Part shown: positions 35,134-42,959 of the stretch, in pieces
Position numbering within the stretch: the first letter of the stretch is position 1
Layout of the letters: each line of letters opens with the position of its first letter
DNA from: Phoronis australis
Taxonomy: Eukaryota; Animalia; Phoronida
Length of the DNA: 42,959 nt
Direction of reading: 5' to 3'
NCBI GenBank assembly: GCA_002633005.1
Contig: NMRA01000824.1
Location: 65,847-108,805 of the forward strand
The notes under the pieces: model-generated
Database searches by the model: none
What the model was told of the DNA's origin: nothing
Seen by the model: only the letters and a program-made list of their open reading frames with translations
Translations under genes and position numbers: made by a program

Positions 35134-37220
35134 TTTTATGCTCGGAATATGTCCCGAAAATAATAGGTGCGTCGCAAGCTCCGTTTCCAGAGAAACAAAG
35201 GAGACCGTGTATAGGCGATATAAGGTCATTTATATGAGTGTACAAATAACATAAAGATAAAATAATAATCTCTGGAAAGATGGGCAATAAAAAGCGCCAG
35301 CACTCAGGTAAGAGGAACTACCCAAAGGAGAGGGTGGTAGAGGGTGGGAAAAAATGAAGAGAGATTAGACTCGAACCTAAGTGCTGTTAAAGCGAAGTAC
35401 TGATGGCAGGAAACATAACTTTACTGAGAACAAAGGAGCCCTATGACACGTGACAATCATCAGCCTATGGGAGCCAGGAGCTGACCAAACTCGTGGCAGT
35501 AACACAAACGAACCAATAGTGAGGCTGGAAATGGAATGTTCTAGTGCCTCGAGTGCAGAGGACCGCATGCGAATCTACACAAGGGGTTATTGGACCAGTC
35601 CGAAAGATGGGGGTATAAGAGGGACGAGTCCATATTCTCACATAAATATATTTAACGAGTGAAATTATCATTTATGCTCGGAATATGTCCCGAAAATAAT
35701 AGGTGCGTCGCAAGCTCCGTTTCCAGAGATACAAAGGAGACCGTGTATATTAGGCGATATAAGGTCATTTATTATGACTGATAAGGTACAGAAATATGAG
35801 TGTACAAATAATAATCTCTGGAAAGATGGGCAATAAAAAGCGCCACGAGAGATGTTGAAGACAGCTCATGCTATCTTACTAGGACATTCAATTTACTTGT
35901 TGAAGGAGGCATGGTGGCCTAGTGTGATAGGTGCCCGCTTCTTTACTCGAGGTCGTGGGAACGAGTCCCACTGTGACACACCGCTAAACTCTGAGGTTTC
36001 AAGCTCCTCAGCTCGATTTTAACTATAAATTAACAAAACATAAAAATGGTTCCAGATCAGTACAATGGGCCCACATGAGCGGCCCGCGCACGTCTGGCAC
36101 AATGTGTATCAGACCGCCTGCCAAACTTGAAAGGAAAGTTCAATGCTACAGAAAACTTGCAATGAAAACTACTCGTAACACGTACAGATATCACTAGAAA
36201 TCCACACGTCGAACACTATTCGCAAAAGACCTATGGCCTGATTGCGAGATCTGTGGAAATCCCGTTTTCTAAGAAAAGGATAACAGCATCGCTTGCGATG
36301 CTCCCAATGAGAGCGTTTCCGTGACTAGGGGTTACCCTCGTACATCAACGGCGCCAAATGCGTAACTACTGCCCAAAGCAGTAACAATAAGCTTCTTTCC
36401 ACAAGTTGTGACATATATTGTTGGCTTCCGACTACAACATCTTGAAACGTGCATTTCATTGTCAAATTTTTACTTTGCTTACTTGCTCCCATTGTTTTTG
36501 CCACTGCGTGTATTTCTCAAACTGACATCTCTGTTCTGATTGAAAATCAAGATTATCAGGCGATCGGAAATAGAAGTTTGAACTAGATATCACCAAGAAT
36601 CAAATGTCAAATTCAAGCTTGAAAGCGAGACTAATCTGGGTTTGTAGCAGCGCAGTCCACAAAAAATTATTGTAGTTGGTAGAAGTGCCGCCCCCTCCCC
36701 GAAGTGTAAATTCAGCACCGAGTGTTACTACCCACTGACCCTTGTTTGTCGAATGTAACTTTCAAGATATTTTAAAAGGTTGTATATTTAGAAAGAGGCT
36801 TTTCAGATTTTGGTCACATACGTGTACAAGTGACCTGGCAGGCCGATCAAACAGTTCTAAGCCTGCAATTTTTGTTTATGGGCCAACCAAAACTTATGTT
36901 ATTTCTTTCTAGTTCAACAACAGGTGGCTTTACGTTTCTGATGAAAACGTACAACAGGGATTTATTATTTTAGATTAATGTTCTCAGAGGCACATATATA
37001 CAGCCTATGGTGTGTTTAGAAAGCTTTTTAAGATCGACATATGTCCTGAATAATAGATGAAAGATACGTGCGTCGCAAGCTCGTTACCAGAGATGAAAAG
37101 GAGACGGAGGTAGGCGATATAAGGTCATTTATTATGACTAGTACAATTACAATATAATGAATACAGGTAAATAACGTAAAAATGGTAATCTCTGGTAAGA
37201 TGGGCAATAAAATAGCGCCA
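35134..37220. repeat. three local direct copies of a ~170-bp unit (35134-35298, 35671-35845, about 37035-37220)
   Basis: gtgcgtcgcaagctc..taggcgatataaggtcatttat..aatctctgg.aagatgggcaataaaa.agcgcca is present in all three. Confidence 0.9.
35905..36030 (+). mobile_element. tRNA-derived SINE (degenerate)
   Basis: A-box-like tggcctagtg and B-box-like ggaacgagtcc within stem gtggga/tcccac, tRNA-like spacing, no acceptor stem, followed by a short body and A-rich tail. Confidence 0.55.
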
Positions 37221-38596
37221 CAAGAGATGGTGTAAAACAGCCTATGCCCATCCGCAGTGCCATTTATCACACCAGAAAGGACAACTGACTAGAGAACTTC
37301 TTGTTGGTTACATTACGGTTATTTCACACCCAATTGCCAAAATGGTTGTTTTTCCATTTTTCAATGTCTGATTGCCCTTTTGTAAACAAACCAAGCTTAT
37401 AATAGACTGAAATGTCCTTAACCTTTACTTTAGATTTGCAGAAGAAATTAACGAAATGAGATTTCACTTGTCTTCCATATTGTGTGCGTGTGCTTAGTAA
37501 GTGAAGAATTATCAATGTATTACACCGAATTATTTTTGAAGGCAACAAGATTTGCATGTTTAGAAAAATTTTTAACATTTTGAATCCCTTTAGGAATACA
37601 ATTGAATGACGAAAAACAATTACTCATCATTGAAATTATTTAGACTGAAAAGAATTAATACTAGGCCCTTTGAATTCAACACGGACTTCAAAAAATGCTG
37701 TCTTCCCTCCAGTAAACAAATGGTGCAGAAATTTCAAAACCTTCCAACTACATATAGCCCCTCAACCCCCGTCTAATATTTGGTCGCGTGGGCCTACCCT
37801 CCACTGACCTACCCCCGAAAATGAAAATTGATTGGGCCCAACCTACCCTCAGGAGATGCCGTAATCAGGTAAGGTGGATTGACATCATCAGATAATGTGG
37901 ATGGCATCACACTGAACCAAAATCAAATAGCAAGTTGAAACATAAAATTTGGTTTATTCGAGAACCAATCGGAGCTTACAGAATGTACTCCAGCAAAGTT
38001 GTAATGTACAAAACTAGTTAAAAAGACAAATGCTAAGCAATGTTTAACACATCTAGGTAACAGAGAACAATTTTAACAGTCCAATCCTGCAATTTGCATA
38101 AAATTAACAATTAAGTAAGACTCCACTTAATTAGCAGAAAACTAATTGCCAAAATTGTCATATTTATCCGTGTTTCAAAGACTGATTACTTGGCTGCAAA
38201 TAATGGGAATGTTGCTTAGTCTTGTTTTATGACAGCTACACAGTGCAAACCATGCTAGTGATAAATTAAAACGTTCTTTATCTTTAACTTTGTTAAAAAT
38301 GACAAAATAGAATTTCAAATGTCAGCCATATTGTGTGCTAAATACGTGAGGACTTACAGCAATATCCATTCCTACACTAATCTAAAAACAAGTTAAACTT
38401 AAACTCCCTCCATCTTAATAACAGGTTCTGCCCTAAAAATGCTTCATTCCTGCAAAACACCAGAGTACAAACTTTTGACATCAATGGAGTCCACTGTTCT
38501 CATACACAAGAAATCATGAAAACAATGGTTCAATAAGGACAGCCATGCTATTTCTACAGCAGCTCTGGAAGTCTCTGGTCAGAGTGCTATTTCAAG

Positions 38597-38718
38597 TTAG
38601 ACGGCATAGTTTTTAAGTTGTGGTTCTTCCATGCGCATGTACCCCTGGGCCAAGGTCTGTTGTTGTTGAATAACCCCCACTGCAGGAGGTGCTGCACCGA
38701 CCATGATGACCCCTGGTG
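38597..38718 (-). CDS. gene 2 (paralog) last exon: short cytoplasmic tail
   Basis: Acceptor cctttattttcag, phase 1; TPGVIMVGAAPPAVGVIQQQQTLAQGYMRMEEPQLKNYAV*. This is a different frame from the listed ORF 38587..38781. Confidence 0.87.
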
Positions 38719-39020
38719 CTGAAAATAAAGGTGCATACCATGATCACTGTGAGGTCCTATCAAAACAAGGTTTAAAATCAAAGAACGATTATCAAGTTAA
38801 CGAGAAATTCAAGTACACAGAATTAAACAGATAACACTAAAGACGTGAACTCTTGTATGAACTCCACCCTGTATTATGAATTAAACAAACTGTTTCATTT
38901 TTATGAACACTGGGTGCAAATTCTCAACACATAATTCTTTCCAAGTCCAAATATCTTTTCCAATTCCGAGGAAGGATCATGCTGAGACCATCTTTATGGC
39001 AGTAAAATGATCTATTCTAG

Positions 39021-39157
39021 CATGCATTCAGTAACGCTAGGACCTCGCTAAAATCTAGTCAAAGTTACATGTTCTCATTTACAATACACGGCAATGTCTC
39101 AAGTAATCTCGCAAAGTCTTGCTTTTTAGCGAGGTCCTAGCGTTACTGAACGGGAGG
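39021..39157. mobile_element. Harbinger-like MITE, same family as 21272-21398
   Basis: Perfect inverted ttcagtaacgctaggacctcgctaaaa / ttttagcgaggtcctagcgttactgaa. Confidence 0.8.
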
Positions 39158-39868
39158 CAGGTTAAATCTCATTCGTTACGTCTTCTGAAAAGGACAGGAT
39201 GGTCAGAGAGTTAAGTTGATCATTCCCTCTCAATTTACATGTAGTTTCCGTGAGTACAATTCAAAGGATAGGCTGCAATTAACTTAGTGAATGATTATTG
39301 TGACCAAAGAAATTAATTAAAATCAAAAATAGCTATAGACGGAGATCCATACTGTTTAATAGATCTCTTTTTCCAGTTTGGTCCCAAGAGGACAATAGTC
39401 CATGACCTGTCTGGTGAGCTTGTCAAGCACGTTGTTGCGATGGTTTAGTGTTCCAGCAACAGATACTTCTTGCTAGATTAGCTAAGCCATTATTGTCGTA
39501 ATACACAGACCAGACTCCCACAAACTGTCCAGTTTTCTTAAAAGCAGCAACATGATCAATTCTTGTTCATTCACAACTCCCAGGTCATTCACATTTTAAA
39601 AAACCTGAATATGGAGGATAGTTCAAACCCTATTATTTGTAAGAGCAACTACTCTCAAGTTTCAGAATTTCCCTCTTCAATTTTCAAAGAAGACATTTTG
39701 TTGTTTTTGCCCATAAGTACAAGGGAACTATACATCCAGTTCCTACATCACATGCAGAGCTTCCTGTTAGCACTCAATGATGTCTGGGAAAGTGGAATCA
39801 CTGAAAAATACCCCAGGTGCTTATTTGCAAACTTCTGGAAGTCAGAGCCCTTTGACCATTGAACTTAC

Positions 39869-39969
39869 TATTTTTACTTCGGCAGCAACAGCAACAACAG
39901 CAAATGATCAAACCAATGATGAGCAAGAGCACTCCACCTCCAATCACGTAGACAAGCCACTTGAGCATA
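39869..39969 (-). CDS. gene 2 (paralog) transmembrane exon; upstream exons lie beyond the window
   Basis: Acceptor cctgtcattccag, donor AATA|gtaagt, 101 nt; MLKWLVYVIGGGVLLLIIGLIICCCCCCCRSKN. Confidence 0.88.
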
Positions 39970-40013
39970 CTGGAATGACAGGACAGAAAGCAGCATTTAG
40001 ACAAAGTTGTTAT

Positions 40014-41510
40014 AAACAAGAGCAACGCGTTGAAATGTGCCCACGAACGTATCACAAAAGATGTGCTTTTAGGGTTATTTATTTGTATCAAAAAGTGGCC
40101 ACTAGATGGCGCAAAAACGTACAATCCATCCAAAAAATGGGAAAATGCCATATTTCATAAAAATCTGTCAAAGAACTTTAGAGAAACAAGGGAAAACAGA
40201 ATAAAATAAAATTGCCACTAGTGGGCACAGCGTCCGTTGGATACGTATGCCAAAGTCGTCGTCATCTGTTGTTATCTACATATAAATACAATTACTTTAA
40301 AGATCCTGCAGTGGGTTTAGGAGATACAGCTATGGGAGCAAAACAAAACAAAACAAAACTACCACTAAGGGGCGCCACAGTAGTCAGTCGCCATCGTCAA
40401 ATGTCTTCTTCACACTGATTCGCCAATTTTCAAAACCATCCCTAGAATGATTTGGTTGATAGATTGGTACGATTGGACGCCAAAAACAAGATTCCATCCA
40501 AAAACAGGATGCTATCCTCATCTCACCAATAGATCTATATCCAAAATTTTATGAAAATCTGTTGAGGACCTTTGAAGATACAGAGCTAAATGTAAAAAAC
40601 TAAAATTGGGGACACACCAGTAGTCAGATCCATCTGAAAGTCGTCGTCGTCGTCCATTATCAACATCATATAAATACACTGTCTCGCTAAATTAAGTAAA
40701 GATCCTAAAAACGGTTTAGGAGATACAGCTATGAGCGCAAAAAAATAAAACTGCCACTAGGAGGCGTCAAAGTCGTCGGAAAATCATACATGCCAATTTT
40801 CATAATTATCCTGAAAGCAGTTCGGTTGATAGACGAGTGGACGCCAAAAAACAGACTCGAAAACAGTAAAAATGGCCACTAGGTGGCGCAAACTAGGTAG
40901 AATCCATCCAAAAACGGAGATATATTGTCACCACATTAACAGATGCCAGTAAGCCAAATTTTATGAAAATACATTGAGTATCAGCTTTGAATATAGAGAG
41001 GTAGACGAAAAAAATATAAAATTGCCACATAGGGTACCAAAGTAGTCGAAGTCATCGAAAAATCGTCAGCCGTCCACTTCATATTAAGAACATGCATGCC
41101 AATTTTCACAATCAGGCCGCGGTTTGGTTGATAGAGGGGTGGACGCAAAAAACAGACTCGAAATCAGTAAAAATGGCCATTAGGTGGTGCAAACTACATC
41201 AAATCTATCCGAAAACAGGAGGATAGCATCATCTCGCTAAAAGGTGCCTACAGTAACCAAATTTTATGAAAATCCGTTCAGGACTTTTGAAGGTACAGAG
41301 GTAAACGTAAAAAACTAAAATTGCCACTAGGGGGCACACCAATAGTCGGATCCGTCCAAAAGTTCGCTCATGGTGTCCCATCTACAGAAGAAACACTTGC
41401 AAAATTTCATGAACATACGTCAAGGGGTTTTGGAGATGGAGTAGCGGACGCCGTACGGACAGAGATGACAGCATAATGCGTCCACATAGAAATTTGTGGG
41501 CGCATAAAAA
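40014..41510 (+). mobile_element. composite HINE/pearl-like element, second copy
   Basis: Same ends as 10506-12391; 3' hairpin gcgtccaca/tgtgggcgc at 41478-41503 followed by ataaaaa; absent from the paralogous intron at about 5960. Confidence 0.75.
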
Positions 41511-42959
41511 TGAACTTTTGATTTAGACCACTTACTGTTACAAAACTGCAAGTCTCACCTTGTTCCTTACTGAGGATTCTGGCCTTGAAAAGAACCGATA
41601 GAGTTCGTCATTGCCTGAGACAATACTCCGTGTATAATTTATGACCCGCCGGAGGAGTTTACTTATTGAGATAATTATTCTCCACACTCAAACGTATTTT
41701 GGTCTGCTTAACTAAGAACTTAATATTTGTTCATTACTTTTAGCATCGTTTTCATTGGACATGTCTAATGCTAGTTCACACTAATTAACTGTTAAGACTT
41801 CATTGTACTCTTTCCCAGTGCTGCGTGGATCATGAAACGTGGCTCCTTACATTCCGATTTACCTGATGGATTGCAGTTGAAAAACATGCACATCTTGGTA
41901 ATTACTGCCTACTTTGTGCCTTAATTGTAGTTGCTAGAACAATAACAGCTGAATCGATGCATTCCATAATTTGTGTTTTGGACTCGCGTAAGATAACGCA
42001 TGGTCAAATAAAACATCAAAATAATTCACATGGCTCATTTCGGGACCCACATCAACAACCAAACTGGCGTACACACTGCAAGGATCTCAGCGTGACTCTG
42101 TCATAAACCATTCACAAGGCCCACACTCTGCTATGTAAACATGGAATTTTACATAGCTACAGGGAATGGGGAATACTGTGACATTTTTTTGATATTTACT
42201 ACTGGAAAGCACTGGCTGAAGAGGATGTTTTTCATTTTTTCAGTTTCAATACAATATTCTTCTGCCATTTCTTGATACATTTGCCAATTATTAAGCTTTA
42301 CTTCTTGAGTTCCTTATCTCCCAAAATTTGAAACAGCTTATCAAAGAAAGTCAGTCGGCCGAAGTGGAGCAGCCAAAATCTCAGTGTCTGATTTAGTCAG
42401 GGGCCATTCTCCCCTACACTTGACTAATTTACTCCTGAAATTGGCATGGTCACACCAACGATTGACGGCATATTGAAATTATATTTTTCATTAATGCAGT
42501 GGTGGGCCGGTGACCTCGATACGGGTGTTGGGTACCATATCTCAGGCCTGCAGTCAACATTTCTAAGGGAGAGTTCGAATTGCACATTTCCTTTGTCGGG
42601 AGGTCGAATTTCAAAAGTTTGTACCTTAATTGCCAGCAGTGGTGTTCTTCTCTAGTAAACCGGTTGTCCACGTACTGCCAGCCAAAAACTCCAGTCGACA
42701 TTTTTGGGCTGCAGTTGTTTGGTTACTGGTCATCCCGTTCTCTCATAGAACCCATTACCGTGTAGGCCTACGCTGATGTCAAAACTTTGATACTGTATCT
42801 TTGCATTTTACCGGGATGTATCAAGTTAGCTGACATTTGGCACGTGAGTTAAAGGCGAAGGCAACCTTTTTTCATGTCATTTTGAGCTAAAATAAGGTTG
42901 GTTGGTTATCCTAGACATATTTTCCACTTAATTACAGCTTTTTGTAATTTTATTAATTT

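Larger units (their letters stand above)
38380..42205 (-). repeat. tandem gene duplication: paralogous to about 4395-6695, including introns and 3' UTR
   Basis: Continuous collinear similarity in UTR, both exons and both introns, broken only by copy-specific insertions. Confidence 0.93.

Noticed and set aside
35905-35978. Functional tRNA gene
   Set aside because: B box is degenerate and there is no acceptor or anticodon stem; better explained as a SINE head.

Overview
AT-rich, repeat-dense animal (probably invertebrate) genomic DNA with spliceosomal introns; nothing prokaryotic and no CRISPR array. The main gene can be assembled by hand from five phase-compatible minus-strand exons (21183-21132, 14626-14423, 8102-7889, 5915-5815, 4893-4592; 290 aa). 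It encodes a signal peptide, a Ly6/uPAR (three-finger)-type Cys-rich ectodomain, a true transmembrane helix with a poly-Cys cluster, and a Pro/Gln-rich tail ending in GYxRM...NYAV. A tandem paralog about 34 kb away contributes its last two exons (39969-39869, 38718-38597) and differs by a 60-aa shorter tail. The left end holds two decayed ATP-citrate lyase (ACLY)-like exons. The rest is mobile DNA: three Penelope-like fragments, each with a hammerhead-ribozyme motif (one intact, one U3-A8 variant, one degenerate); a LINE RT fragment; a 4-kb foldback-like element; two Helentron/HINE-like composite repeats full of CTCF-consensus motifs; a family of 5-bp-TSD elements with a decayed hAT-like parent; Harbinger-like MITEs; and a tRNA-derived SINE. 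All family assignments come from reading the sequence and from memory; no database search was run.
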